From NCBI GenBank assembly GCA_016931955.1, contig JAFGDV010000002.1, positions 48,471 to 112,470 of the forward strand: a stretch of 64,000 nt of DNA, in the 5' to 3' direction. This DNA comes from Candidatus Altiarchaeota archaeon (lineage in GTDB: Archaea; Altiarchaeota; Altiarchaeia; IMC4; QMZM01). The notes beneath the pieces are model-generated. The model ran no database searches, was not told the origin of the DNA, and worked only from the letters and a program-made list of their open reading frames with translations. A program made the translations under genes and the position numbers. Within the stretch, counting starts at the first letter, position 1. Every line of letters begins with the position of its first letter. Shown in pieces: positions 20,128 through 30,415 of the stretch.

Positions 20128-20493
20128 ATGCCTAAGATTTTGACCATAGAAGACTCTACTTTTGAGAGGAAGGCCATACGCGATATGCTGGCTAGGGCAG
20201 GGTACACCAGCGTAGTGGAGGCTGAGAGCGGCGAGATCGGCTTAGAGAGGTACAAGAAGGAAAAACCTGACCTTGTTTTATTGGATCTCCGGATGCCAGG
20301 TATGCCTGGGATGGAAGTCTTAGAGGAGTTGAAGAAGATCAATCCAAGAGTCAGGGTGATAATAGTCAGCATAGTGAGGAAGAAGGAGACCGTCGACGAA
20401 GCGTTGAAGCTGGGCGTCGAAGCCTATGTTTCAAAACCGATCACTACCGAGAAACTAATACCTGAAGTTAAAAAAGCATTAGGAGGGAATTAA
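20128..20493 (+). CDS. cheY: CheY-like response regulator
   Basis: EDSTFER, LLDLRMP, YVSKP. Confidence 0.85.
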   Translation: MPKILTIEDSTFERKAIRDMLARAGYTSVVEAESGEIGLERYKKEKPDLVLLDLRMPGMPGMEVLEELKKINPRVRVIIVSIVRKKETVDEALKLGVEAYVSKPITTEKLIPEVKKALGGN

Positions 20494-20853
20494 ATGACCA
20501 AAATACTATTAGCGGATGATTCTGCCTTTATGAGGAAGATACTGACTAACATATTAACCAAGAAGGGATACACTGACCTCATCGAAGCTGTGGATGGAGA
20601 AGAGACTGTGGCAGCCTATACCAGAGAAAAACCGGACCTTGTTCTCTTGGATATAGTAATGAAGAAGAAATACGGAACCGAGGCGTTGAAGGACATAATG
20701 CAGATGGATCCAAACGCCAAGATAATAATGGTATCGGCAGTAGGGCAGGAGAAGGTTATCGAGGAGGCAATTCAATTAGGCGCCAAGGGTTTTGTTGTTA
20801 AACCCTTCAAGGAAGAGGAAGTCTTAAGCAAGGTTAAGGAAGTCCTTGGCTAA
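20494..20853 (+). CDS. cheY: Chemotaxis response regulator CheY
   Basis: ADDSAFMR, LLDIVM, VSAVGQ, FVVKPF; directly upstream of cheA. Confidence 0.92.
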   Translation: MTKILLADDSAFMRKILTNILTKKGYTDLIEAVDGEETVAAYTREKPDLVLLDIVMKKKYGTEALKDIMQMDPNAKIIMVSAVGQEKVIEEAIQLGAKGFVVKPFKEEEVLSKVKEVLG

Positions 20854-20871
20854 TTCTCTGAATGCTCGGAA

Positions 20872-22461
20872 ATGGCAGATGACATGAGTGAATATAAGGA
20901 GCTCTACCTGAAGGAGGCGGAGGAATTACTGCAAAGCCTGAATTCTTCACTACTTGAGTTCGAGAAGAACCCGACAAGGGAGGACCTTATAAAGGAGATG
21001 GCACGTTGTGCCCATACACTCAAGAGTAATTCTTCTTCAATGGGTTTCGAGAAACTGGCGGAATTATCTCACTCCATGGAGGACGGGTTGTTGATGCTCC
21101 AGGAGTCCGGCATTGAAGCCAGCGATGAGATCATCGACCTCCTCTTTGAATGCTTCGACTACCTGGAGGTCTCAGTGGACAAGGTAAGCACTGGTGAGGA
21201 GGAACCAGACAACACAGATCTTTTGAAGAAACTGGAGGTGCTGAAATCCACTGACATAAAGAAGAGGAGTAAGGAGGAGTCTGGTGTGAAACTCGCCGAA
21301 CGGCCTCAGACCATCAGGAGGCTTCGCTCAATCAAGGTGGACATCAAGATCCTAGATAAATTGGTGGACTTGGTTGGAGAACTACTGACCGCAACCATGA
21401 GGTTCCAGAACCTGAACTCAACGTACAAGATCAAGGAATTCGACAAGATAATAAACCAGCTGAATATGCTAACGGAGGATATCCAATACGAGGTCACTGA
21501 AGCAAGAATGATCCCTGTTGGCCAGGTATTCAACCGGTTTCCGAGGATGGTGCGAGACCTGGCGAAGAGGGAGAACAAGAAGGTGGACTTCACCATTGAG
21601 GGAAGCGACATACAACTGGATAGAACTGTGTTGGATCAGATCGGTGAGCCACTGATCCATCTGCTGAGGAATTCCATAGACCACGGCATCGAATCTCCGG
21701 AGGAGAGGATTAAGGCAGGCAAACCCGAGACAGGCAAAATCCATTTGAGAGCCAGTAGAGAGAAAAACGCCGTAATCATTGAGGTCATTGACGATGGCGC
21801 AGGCTTCGATGAAGACAAGATAAAGGAGATAGCAATAAAAAAGGGCGTGATAACGGAGGAGGAGGCTAAGACCATACCCAAAAAGCAGTTACTGGATATC
21901 CCATTTCTGCCCACTTTCAGCACATCCGATAAGGTCACCAAGGTCTCCGGCAGAGGGGTTGGATTGGATGTTGTCAAGACAAAGATTGATGAACTAAATG
22001 GGTCGCTGAAGATGGAGACCGAAAAGAGCAAGGGGACGAGATTCATCCTAGGTCTGCCGCACACTCTAGCAATCATCAAGTGCCTCCTAACGTACGTCGG
22101 CGAGGAACGCTATGCTTTGCCCATCATTGATATCTCAAGGATCGTCAACATCGAAGAATCTAGGATGCAACACATCGAAGGCAATGAAGTCTTCATTCTC
22201 GATGGCGAAGACATACCCCTGATAAGGCTGCGCGACGTATTTAATCTGCCCCGCAAGAAAGACAGAAAACTGACGGTAATAATTACTGAGAGAACCCAGG
22301 AGAAGAACGGTATTGCTGTGGATGGGATCATCGGTGAACAGGAGCTTATGATAAAGTCGGTGACTAAAACGCTGAAGAAGATCAAGGGAATAGCAGGTGC
22401 TACCATCCTTGGCGATGGTCAACCCGCCATGGTCTTGGATATTAATGGCCTGCTTGCTTAG
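20872..22461 (+). CDS. cheA: Chemotaxis histidine kinase CheA (no evident P2 domain)
   Basis: Hpt AHTLKS; HLLRNSIDHG, DDGAG, SGRGVGLDVV; C-terminal CheW-like P5. Confidence 0.95.
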   Translation: MADDMSEYKELYLKEAEELLQSLNSSLLEFEKNPTREDLIKEMARCAHTLKSNSSSMGFEKLAELSHSMEDGLLMLQESGIEASDEIIDLLFECFDYLEVSVDKVSTGEEEPDNTDLLKKLEVLKSTDIKKRSKEESGVKLAERPQTIRRLRSIKVDIKILDKLVDLVGELLTATMRFQNLNSTYKIKEFDKIINQLNMLTEDIQYEVTEARMIPVGQVFNRFPRMVRDLAKRENKKVDFTIEGSDIQLDRTVLDQIGEPLIHLLRNSIDHGIESPEERIKAGKPETGKIHLRASREKNAVIIEVIDDGAGFDEDKIKEIAIKKGVITEEEAKTIPKKQLLDIPFLPTFSTSDKVTKVSGRGVGLDVVKTKIDELNGSLKMETEKSKGTRFILGLPHTLAIIKCLLTYVGEERYALPIIDISRIVNIEESRMQHIEGNEVFILDGEDIPLIRLRDVFNLPRKKDRKLTVIITERTQEKNGIAVDGIIGEQELMIKSVTKTLKKIKGIAGATILGDGQPAMVLDINGLLA

Positions 22462-22477
22462 ATACCACAGTACCAAA

Positions 22478-23155
22478 ATGACTGAACTATCAAAATTCGA
22501 GATCGACGCGATAGCTGAGATAATAAACATCGGTGCAGGGCATGCATCCAACGCACTATCCGTGATGACTCGCAAGGACATACACATGAGCTTCCCTGAG
22601 GTGAAACTATGTCCGATAGAAAAGATACCCCAGCTCCTTGGCAATCCCGAGGACCTGGTTGCCGCAGTTTATCTCAAGATCGAGGGCAAGAGTAACAACA
22701 AACTCATCCCCGTTGGAAGCCTGATCTTTATGTTACAGCATGATAGCGCAGAGGAGCTTGCGGCGCTTTTAGAGAACAGGAAACCGCCTAAAGAGAAGAG
22801 TTTCGAACTCGGTGAGATGGATGTATCCGCATTAGAGGAGACTGGAAACATCCTCAGCGGTGCTTCATTAACAGCGATAAGCAAGGTCCTTGACATGCAA
22901 TTGGTCGAGTCACTGCCACATTTCGCACACGACATGCTTCAAGCAGTATTGAGTTTCTGTTTGATCGAGCTGGCCCCAAAGGCGACGGATGCGTTGACAT
23001 TTACGACCGCATTCGAGGTCGAAGGCCACGAAATAGACGCCTACTTCCTCCTTTTATTAGACCCAGAGAGCTTAGAGCTCCTCAGTAAGAGACTGAGGAC
23101 ACTATTTGAGGATATGCTAGCGGAATACATAGAAGAGGAGTACTCAGATGCGTGA
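22478..23155 (+). CDS. cheC: CheC phosphatase (both ExxN sites intact)
   Basis: DAIAEIINIGAG and SALEETGNIL; start at ATG 22478. Confidence 0.9.
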   Translation: MTELSKFEIDAIAEIINIGAGHASNALSVMTRKDIHMSFPEVKLCPIEKIPQLLGNPEDLVAAVYLKIEGKSNNKLIPVGSLIFMLQHDSAEELAALLENRKPPKEKSFELGEMDVSALEETGNILSGASLTAISKVLDMQLVESLPHFAHDMLQAVLSFCLIELAPKATDALTFTTAFEVEGHEIDAYFLLLLDPESLELLSKRLRTLFEDMLAEYIEEEYSDA

Positions 23156-23627
23156 GAAACAAGCATATTTGAACATAGGGGAGGGCAGGGTAGTTAATGA
23201 ACCGACGATTCTCGAAGCAGTTGGCATAGGCTCATGCATCGTAATCTGCCTTTATGATAAAGAAAAAAGGGTGGCTGGCATGGTCCATGCCCTATTAGGC
23301 AACAATCCGCATGACGAAAAAGCGGATCTGAATCCCATGAGGTTCGCCGATACTGCTATAGATCTCCTATTAGGGGAGATGGCCGAAAAGGGCTGCCAAA
23401 AGGGGAACATAGTCGCGAAGATCTTCGGCGGGGCTAAACTCTTTACCTTGGAACACATCAACGTGGGCGAAGATAACATATTTGCTGTAAGACAGAAACT
23501 CGAAGAGGTTGGAATACCAATAGTAGCTGAAGACACCGGTGGAAAACACGGCAGGAATATCTGGTTCGACACAGAAAACGGGAAAGTAGTTGTTGGGAGG
23601 GTCTTCGGACCCACGTTGGAGTATTAG
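23148..23627 (+). CDS. cheD: CheD deamidase (second copy)
   Basis: GIGSCI, GMVHALL, AKIFGGA, AEDTGG..GR. Confidence 0.92.
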   Translation: MREKQAYLNIGEGRVVNEPTILEAVGIGSCIVICLYDKEKRVAGMVHALLGNNPHDEKADLNPMRFADTAIDLLLGEMAEKGCQKGNIVAKIFGGAKLFTLEHINVGEDNIFAVRQKLEEVGIPIVAEDTGGKHGRNIWFDTENGKVVVGRVFGPTLEY

Positions 23628-24439
23628 CTAACCTTCCTGAATATCCTCTCAGAGAGGCTGACCAGATTGAATTTCTTATGCATTGCCTCATGCATTGTCT
23701 CTGTTTTCCCTATTACGAGATAACCCTCCTTGGCCAGTGAGTCATAGAATGCCTCAAAGATTTCCTTCTGCGTATCCCTTGAGAAGTAGATGAAAACGTT
23801 CCTGCAGAATATCACGTCCACATAGTGCTGAGGCTTTCCGTTTATCAGGTCGCTTTTTTCGAATTTCACCATGGACTTTATGCTGTCCCTTAACCTGTAA
23901 TAGTCGCAGACCTTGTCGAAGTATTTTTCCAGTAACTCAACACCAACATTCTTGAGAAGGTCTTTTTCGTATAAGCCTCTCACAGCATCCCCCAGGCACT
24001 TTTCATCGATATCTGTCGCCTTTATAGCTACTACAAAGTTCTTCATATCATCCCCAAGTAGCTCTTGGAGGATGATTGCTATGCTGTAGGGTTCTTCGCC
24101 GGCTGCGCATCCGGCAGACCATATGCTTATAACCTTCTTTCCCTCCCTCTTCTTCCTATCAATCAGTTCGGGAAAGATCTCTTCCCTCAATAGATCAAAC
24201 ATCTCCTTGTCCCTGAAAAACTCGGTGAAATTGATCGTTAACACATCCACTAGCTTGTCGTATTCCCTCTTGTTGTTTATGAGTAACCTTATGTATTCCC
24301 CATATGACTGAACATTATTGACCTTCATCCGGACGTTGATCCTCCTCTTCAGGGTCGTGTCTTTGTAGTTTTTACAGTTGAAGCCCCTCTCCCTTTGTAT
24401 CATGTCCTTGAGCAACTCGAAATCGTCTCTCGTCTCCAT
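23624..24439 (-). CDS. cheR: Chemotaxis methyltransferase CheR
   Basis: TINFTEFFRD, WSAGCAAGEEPYS, ATDID, IFCRNVFIYF. Confidence 0.95.
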   Translation of the reverse strand: METRDDFELLKDMIQRERGFNCKNYKDTTLKRRINVRMKVNNVQSYGEYIRLLINNKREYDKLVDVLTINFTEFFRDKEMFDLLREEIFPELIDRKKREGKKVISIWSAGCAAGEEPYSIAIILQELLGDDMKNFVVAIKATDIDEKCLGDAVRGLYEKDLLKNVGVELLEKYFDKVCDYYRLRDSIKSMVKFEKSDLINGKPQHYVDVIFCRNVFIYFSRDTQKEIFEAFYDSLAKEGYLVIGKTETMHEAMHKKFNLVSLSERIFRKVS

Positions 24440-24548
24440 CTTCAAGTAATAAATTTGGCATTCAGGTATTTATCCGTTGAATCGCTGGGGGTAAAAGATA
24501 TATACTAGTTAATCCAATTAATCTAACAAATAGTTTACAGGTGATAAC

Positions 24549-25157
24549 ATGTACGACTTGAATGACTTTCAGAAGGATGCCTTGAAGGAGCTGGGCAGTC
24601 TGGGGTCTGGAAAGGCTTCAGCAGCGCTTTCAACTTTAGTGGATACGGAGGTAAGACTTGACGTACCCTTCGTCGACTTGGTGCCTACTAAGAATGTACC
24701 GAACCTCGTCGGAGGACCGAGGAAGCTGGTCATTGGGACATATTCGACAGTTATCGGCGACGTATCTGGAACGATAGTTGTGGTCTTCCCGATTAAGAGC
24801 GCTAGACTGCTCGTCGACATACTGAATAAAGAGCCATCAGGTACGTGCGAGGTACTGAAACTCAAGGACAGAGACAACATAAGGAAGATTGGGGAAATCC
24901 TGTCCTCGGCCTATCTTGAAACACTCGCTGAGTTTCTGGACATACACGCAACCCACGAAGACCCGAGGATTGTTTCGGCGTTCGGTGAATCGCTCCCGGA
25001 CTTTGTGCTTTTGAATATTACGGGAGAATATGCTCTACTCCTGAAGACCGTATTCAAGATTCCGTCGACGGAGGAGCTTGAAGGTAACTTCGTGCTGCTG
25101 TTGACTGCTGAATCGATAGAGAAGCTCCTGGAAACAATAAAGAGCAAACTCTCCTAA
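24549..25157 (+). CDS. cheC: CheC-like protein, both ExxN sites degenerate
   Basis: DALKELGSLGSG and DNIRKIGEIL. Confidence 0.8.
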   Translation: MYDLNDFQKDALKELGSLGSGKASAALSTLVDTEVRLDVPFVDLVPTKNVPNLVGGPRKLVIGTYSTVIGDVSGTIVVVFPIKSARLLVDILNKEPSGTCEVLKLKDRDNIRKIGEILSSAYLETLAEFLDIHATHEDPRIVSAFGESLPDFVLLNITGEYALLLKTVFKIPSTEELEGNFVLLLTAESIEKLLETIKSKLS

Positions 25158-25158
25158 A

Positions 25159-25761
25159 ATGCCTCTTGACCTCAAAAAAGAGATTGGAAACAACAAGATT
25201 CTGGTCTTAGTCATACCCAATGACACATACACAGAGTGTGTTATAGAATTATCAAAGCAGGTTGGAGGCATTTATGGAAAGACCTGCTACGTCAGCCTGA
25301 ACAAGCTGTTCACGGCCCTCCTGAACAGCCTCAAGAATAATGGAGTGAACACCGAGGGTTTCTTCTTCATCGACGCTATAACGAAGTCCGCCCTTCCGGG
25401 GGTAGAGAACACATTCAACTGCAATTATATATCCTCCGCTTCCTCACTACAGGAGCTGGCGATAGCGATAAATAACGAATTAAACAAGGAGGACTATGAA
25501 GCCTTGATCTTCGACTCCCTGTCCACGCTTCAGATATACAATAGAGAGGACGTTATCACGGAATTCATAAAGTACATGATGGCCAGGGTCAGGTTGTCTA
25601 ACTGCGTCGCTATCCTAACCTGCCTTGAAGGCGACACTGATTCCCAGCTTATAAGAAACCTTGCCATGTTCAGCGACAAGATAATACACATCGAAGCCCA
25701 CATAATCATGGAAGACACGGAGACGACGGTAACCTTCGAAGCCAGGGGCTCAACAATCTAA
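25159..25761 (+). CDS. Truncated KaiC/RecA-fold protein lacking Walker A (DUF835/DUF7504-like)
   Basis: CYVSLNK, FFFIDAIT, ALIFDSLSTL, FSDKIIH pattern. Confidence 0.65.
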   Translation: MPLDLKKEIGNNKILVLVIPNDTYTECVIELSKQVGGIYGKTCYVSLNKLFTALLNSLKNNGVNTEGFFFIDAITKSALPGVENTFNCNYISSASSLQELAIAINNELNKEDYEALIFDSLSTLQIYNREDVITEFIKYMMARVRLSNCVAILTCLEGDTDSQLIRNLAMFSDKIIHIEAHIIMEDTETTVTFEARGSTI

Positions 25762-25770
25762 GGAGCAGGG

Positions 25771-26373
25771 ATGGCACACAACCTAAAACAGGAGATCGGG
25801 AAAAACTGGATAATACTTGTGGTGATACCCCATGAGACCTACCCCGACTGCTCAATTGAAGTATCCAAGCAGATAGAGCGCATGTACCAAAGGATATGTT
25901 ACGTGAACACTAACAAGCCCTTCACCACCCTTATGAAGACCTTCAAGGACAAGGGCATAAACACGGAGGGTTTTTTCTTCATTGATATGGTAACTAGATC
26001 TGCTTTCCCAGGCGTGAAAGACGGCCCCATATGTAGATACATATCCTCTGAGTCGGCGTTGGACGAGCTTGGCTCAGCAATCAATGAAGAGCTGGATAAG
26101 GGGGTATATAAGGCATTGATCTTTGACTCCCTGTCTTCACTGCTTGTGCACAACGACGAAGACGTTCTCATAAAATTCGTGAAGTTCATTGTGACAAAGA
26201 TCAGACACTCGGACTGCATCGCTGTTCTTAAATGCGCTGAGGGGGACATCGACTCAAAGCTTATGAAGAATCTAAGCATGCTCAGCGACAAGATAATACG
26301 CCTTAGCACGCACACCGTCATGGGCCTCGACGAGACAATAGTGAGCTGCGACCTTCATAAACCCAAGGCCTAA
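25771..26373 (+). CDS. Truncated KaiC/RecA-fold protein lacking Walker A (tandem paralog)
   Basis: CYVNTNKP, FFFIDMVT, ALIFDSLSSL, LSDKII; same length as the upstream gene. Confidence 0.65.
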   Translation: MAHNLKQEIGKNWIILVVIPHETYPDCSIEVSKQIERMYQRICYVNTNKPFTTLMKTFKDKGINTEGFFFIDMVTRSAFPGVKDGPICRYISSESALDELGSAINEELDKGVYKALIFDSLSSLLVHNDEDVLIKFVKFIVTKIRHSDCIAVLKCAEGDIDSKLMKNLSMLSDKIIRLSTHTVMGLDETIVSCDLHKPKA

Positions 26374-28250
26374 CATCCCAGTATCTTCTTCTCATTCAAC
26401 GGCTTCTTCTGCAGTACATCCTCAAAATAGCATCTCAGGAGTTCGGCGACAGAGCACGCGTAGGATATGCACCCCCTTGGAGTGAACGGCGGCTCGCCCT
26501 CCAGGAATTCCGATACAGTGCCCAGACCTGCGTTGTTCAGGTGCTGGACAAGTATCTGCTCCATGAGCTCCTTGACCCTCAGCCGGCTCCCATACAACCT
26601 AGTATGTGCCTTGACATAGGGACCGAAAAACCAAGGCCATACACCCCCATTATATGGAGACCCTTTATCGTATCTGGGATCCTCTGGACTCAGGGTCCTT
26701 AAACCGAATGGAGTCAGTAGCTCACTTTCAACAGCTGACATGATCTTACCTGCGATGGTGTCGTCAACGAGACGATAGTCCAGAGACAACAGTATCACCT
26801 GATTGGGGCGGAGCGCGTCGTCGTCGATAGAGTCCTTAAGATATCTGCCATTCCAGTAGGTTTCCATGAATTTCTTCTCAATCCGCTTGCATGTGGACTT
26901 ATAGGCTTCAGCATCATCGTCCATGATCCCAGAAAAATGCTCCATTATCTTCAGCGCATTATACCATAGGCCTTGGGCTTCCACGGCGTTTTTCCTCCCA
27001 GATTTCATCCAGGTTCCGCCTTCGTGTGCGAGGATGCCTTCCCTCTCCCTCTCTCCAAGGTTGCTCATGATGTCTTTAAGAACCCACCAGTAGGTGTGCA
27101 AAAAACTCCTGCTTTCATCTATTCCAACGTACTTAATGTACTGGTGTATTCTGTCAACAAGCCACAGGCTGGTGTCTATGTCTTTGTAGAGGGGCTCTCC
27201 TTTAGAGAATTCACTTGGTATGCCCTTGTTCGTTGCCAGATTCAGGAAACGCTCTAATATATCCTCAGCATCCACGTGTCTGCCTTTTATGAGGGTCAGC
27301 CCTGGGAGGGAGATCATGGCATCCCTCCCCCTCTCCCCATAGCATGGATAACCTGCTATTATGGTCTTCTTCAGGCCAGCATCAACTATGAACGAGTCCG
27401 CTACACTGAGGAGGGAGAATATCGAAGCACCTCTCCCACTTGAGAGGATCCTTCTGGTACCATGTCCTCCCAGCAGCCCCTTCAACACCTGTGCCGTCTC
27501 GTTCTCTGTTGGGTAGGCTACCACCACAACCGTCAATTCCTGGGTCGTGTCCGGCTCAACCTTTAGGGATAGGTATGCTGGACAACAACAATATTCCTCT
27601 GAACTTTCCTTCGAGTGGAACAACCTATTCCACCGTGATTTTTCGGGTGTTTCCAAGAATTCTCCGTTATCCGACCTCAAAGCCACATATCCATTGTTTA
27701 AATTGATGCCCACTATATTTTTGGTGAAGAACCTCGGTGTTGACTCCATATTCTTCTCAGATAATTCCCAGATGCCCCTTGAGTTCAGCAGAGGCTTTAC
27801 GGTTAATACCACATCCAGTTCTGAGTTGTTTTCTATGGAGTACACCACCACTAGGGAATTATTATCTGGGAGGGGGGTTATCTGTTTGTCTACGTAGACC
27901 CCCTTAGCCTTGTAGTAGAATGAAACTGATTCGTAGCTGAAGTCGAACCTGTTCAGGTATCTATAACCTTCTGTTATCTCCCCTTGAGGGTATTCATTCA
28001 CCGAAAGCTCGATTACCGTTTTTCCTAGGGAGAGTTCATCGTCCAGCTTCTGTAGGTATAGCATCCTCTTGAGATTCCTGCATCCGGAAACGAGGAGGCC
28101 GTGGAATCTGCTGGTATTCAATCCGATCGATGTCGTGGAGGAATAACCCCCCAGCTTGTTCGTTATAACCCATTCAAGCCCCTTTGATTTTTCTATGCTG
28201 AGCTGGTTTGGGTTGAAGGACGCGAAGGGGAATGCTTTCCTGGAGCCCAT
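26370..28250 (-). CDS. Archaeal-type glycogen debranching enzyme (amylo-alpha-1,6-glucosidase)
   Basis: EWVITNKLGGYSS, IIAGYP, GRDAMISLPGL, LRPNQ, LLTPFGLRTL, YNGGVWPW. Confidence 0.88.
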   Translation of the reverse strand: MGSRKAFPFASFNPNQLSIEKSKGLEWVITNKLGGYSSTTSIGLNTSRFHGLLVSGCRNLKRMLYLQKLDDELSLGKTVIELSVNEYPQGEITEGYRYLNRFDFSYESVSFYYKAKGVYVDKQITPLPDNNSLVVVYSIENNSELDVVLTVKPLLNSRGIWELSEKNMESTPRFFTKNIVGINLNNGYVALRSDNGEFLETPEKSRWNRLFHSKESSEEYCCCPAYLSLKVEPDTTQELTVVVVAYPTENETAQVLKGLLGGHGTRRILSSGRGASIFSLLSVADSFIVDAGLKKTIIAGYPCYGERGRDAMISLPGLTLIKGRHVDAEDILERFLNLATNKGIPSEFSKGEPLYKDIDTSLWLVDRIHQYIKYVGIDESRSFLHTYWWVLKDIMSNLGEREREGILAHEGGTWMKSGRKNAVEAQGLWYNALKIMEHFSGIMDDDAEAYKSTCKRIEKKFMETYWNGRYLKDSIDDDALRPNQVILLSLDYRLVDDTIAGKIMSAVESELLTPFGLRTLSPEDPRYDKGSPYNGGVWPWFFGPYVKAHTRLYGSRLRVKELMEQILVQHLNNAGLGTVSEFLEGEPPFTPRGCISYACSVAELLRCYFEDVLQKKPLNEKKILGC

Positions 28251-28285
28251 CTCATCTAATTATTTCACTCGCTTCGTTAAAAGGC

Positions 28286-29290
28286 TCAGGGCAGCTTGGA
28301 TATCACGTAATCCGTGAATTCTGAAAGCCTGGCCTTCCCCCCAAGATCATAGGTCAGTTTCTTTCCTTCCAGGAATGCTTCGTCGAGCGCCTTTGTTATC
28401 GCATCTGCTGCCTTTTTTTCGCCCAGATGCTTCAGCATCAAAATCCCGGAGAGGATTGTCGCCGTAGGATTCACCTTATCCATTCCAGCATATTTTGGAG
28501 CGGAGCCGTGCACTGGCTCGAATACGGCTATTTCTTCGCCGATGTTCGCCCCGGGTGCGATGCCTAGTCCGCCGACCAAGCCGGCGCATAGGTCTGATAG
28601 TATGTCCCCGAACATGTTCGTCGTGACAATCACGTCATATAGTTCTGGTTTCACTACGAGCTGCATGCTCATGTTGTCTATTATCCTGTCCTCGAATTCT
28701 ATCCCTTGATAGCTTTCCGCTATTCTCCTTGCAGCTTCCAGGAATATTCCATCCGTTACCTTCATTATGTTGGCTTTATGTACGCATGTTACCTTCTTTC
28801 TTTTTTCTCTTTCAGCGTACTCGAATGCGAACCTCGCTATCCTCTCAGAGGCCTTCTTGGTTATCCTCCTTATCGTTTCTCCTGAACTCTTGTCCTCTGA
28901 TGTGTATTTTTCTATTCCAGCATACAGTCCTTCGGTGTTCTCTCTCACAATAACCAGGTCGATATTCTCATATCTTGTCCGGATTCCCTTGAAGGACTTC
29001 GCAGGTCGCAGGTTAGCATATAGGTCCAGTTCTTTTCTGAGCGCGACGTTAACGCTCCTGAATCCCGATGCTATTGGAGTCGTTATCGGACCCTTTAAAG
29101 CTACCTTGTTCTTCCTGATGGACTCGAGCACTTGCTCAGGTAGGGGTGTTCCCTCCCTCTCCATCACTCCAGCGCCTGCGTCAACCTTCTCGTATTTTAT
29201 CTTCACGCCCGCTGCTTCCATAACCTTGACGCATGAGTCCGTGACCTCCGGACCTATCCCGTCGCCAGGTATTAGAGTGACCTTGTGCAT
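28286..29290 (-). CDS. Isocitrate/isopropylmalate/homoisocitrate dehydrogenase family
   Basis: [38 protein letters not shown]. Confidence 0.92.
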   Translation of the reverse strand: MHKVTLIPGDGIGPEVTDSCVKVMEAAGVKIKYEKVDAGAGVMEREGTPLPEQVLESIRKNKVALKGPITTPIASGFRSVNVALRKELDLYANLRPAKSFKGIRTRYENIDLVIVRENTEGLYAGIEKYTSEDKSSGETIRRITKKASERIARFAFEYAEREKRKKVTCVHKANIMKVTDGIFLEAARRIAESYQGIEFEDRIIDNMSMQLVVKPELYDVIVTTNMFGDILSDLCAGLVGGLGIAPGANIGEEIAVFEPVHGSAPKYAGMDKVNPTATILSGILMLKHLGEKKAADAITKALDEAFLEGKKLTYDLGGKARLSEFTDYVISKLP

Positions 29291-29503
29291 TTTATCGATT
29301 CACGTAAGTAATATATTGTTTTGCTTATTTAATTCCAAAACCGTTGGTCTGCTTAAAGCCCCATATTGCTCCCAGTACATGGGGGATAGTCCTCAAAAAA
29401 AAAAGCAAAGGATTTTATACTTGAAGAGTAAAAAATATTTAGAGATATTGGTTAATGTTATTTAGATATCTGGATATACACAAATGATAAGGAGGGCTAT
29501 AAG

Positions 29504-30388
29504 ATGACAGAAGCTGAAAATCAATCCGCTACATACGCTTTTTCTATTACAGTATTGACTAGGGCAATGGAGGCTGGGGAGGAGGTTATGGGTTCCGGTG
29601 CTACTGTTTTATTACGTAGATTCGGTAAACCCGTCAGCAGGATTCTATTGGGTAGTGAACGCTTTGAGAGGAGTGGAACAGTCGATCTGCAGAAAGCAGC
29701 TGAGGAAGCTAAGAGGGGCATATCTGACATAAAGACCTTCGGGGATACGGAGATACAAAGTGCTGGAGGGGATGTTGTTTCACTTATACAGAAGGGTTGT
29801 TTAAGGCGGATTGAGGAATACGGAAAGAATCCTGGGGGGATGAAGTCGTGTATCCTCTGCATGGGTTTGATAGAAAGCTTTTTTAGGGATGCTACGGGTA
29901 ATAGTGCTCTTAGAGCAACACTTGACCGTTTTGATAACGATAACTGTTATATATCAGTGAAGCAATGGGGTTCTGGAGCAGGTGCTGGTCCGGCTGAAGT
30001 GGACGTGGTGGATATTGCCAAGGCTTTTGAGATATACAACTTCCTACTGAAGACATTCGCTGCGAAAGCTGATGAAAAGGTCTTTGGTGGATCTAAGATG
30101 TTCATGCGAGGCCTACAATCCACGCTGACTGAACTGAAGAGCTCAGAGAGTGGTATGCCAGCAATAGCGATAAAGAATGATTTTTCAGTGGATGCACCCG
30201 GCTGTAAGGATTCCAAGAAACTGGCGAAGTATATGAATATCGCCATTAAGAGTACGATGAATTCCATTGCAGATGAGCTTAATCCAAAGGTAGTGGATGG
30301 TATCGGAGCCTTTTTGGACAAGGAAATACACACTAAGTTCAGTGCAGATGCGGAGAAACTCAATATATCAAATGTCTTGAAGGGATAA
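29504..30388 (+). CDS. Putative V4R-like domain protein with a helical C-terminal domain
   Basis: GC...CILCMGLIE..F...G...NC.I Cys pattern; Gly/Ala linker before a second domain. Confidence 0.5.
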   Translation: MTEAENQSATYAFSITVLTRAMEAGEEVMGSGATVLLRRFGKPVSRILLGSERFERSGTVDLQKAAEEAKRGISDIKTFGDTEIQSAGGDVVSLIQKGCLRRIEEYGKNPGGMKSCILCMGLIESFFRDATGNSALRATLDRFDNDNCYISVKQWGSGAGAGPAEVDVVDIAKAFEIYNFLLKTFAAKADEKVFGGSKMFMRGLQSTLTELKSSESGMPAIAIKNDFSVDAPGCKDSKKLAKYMNIAIKSTMNSIADELNPKVVDGIGAFLDKEIHTKFSADAEKLNISNVLKG

Positions 30389-30415
30389 AATAAAAAAAAT
30401 GTGGAGGAAAAAAAA

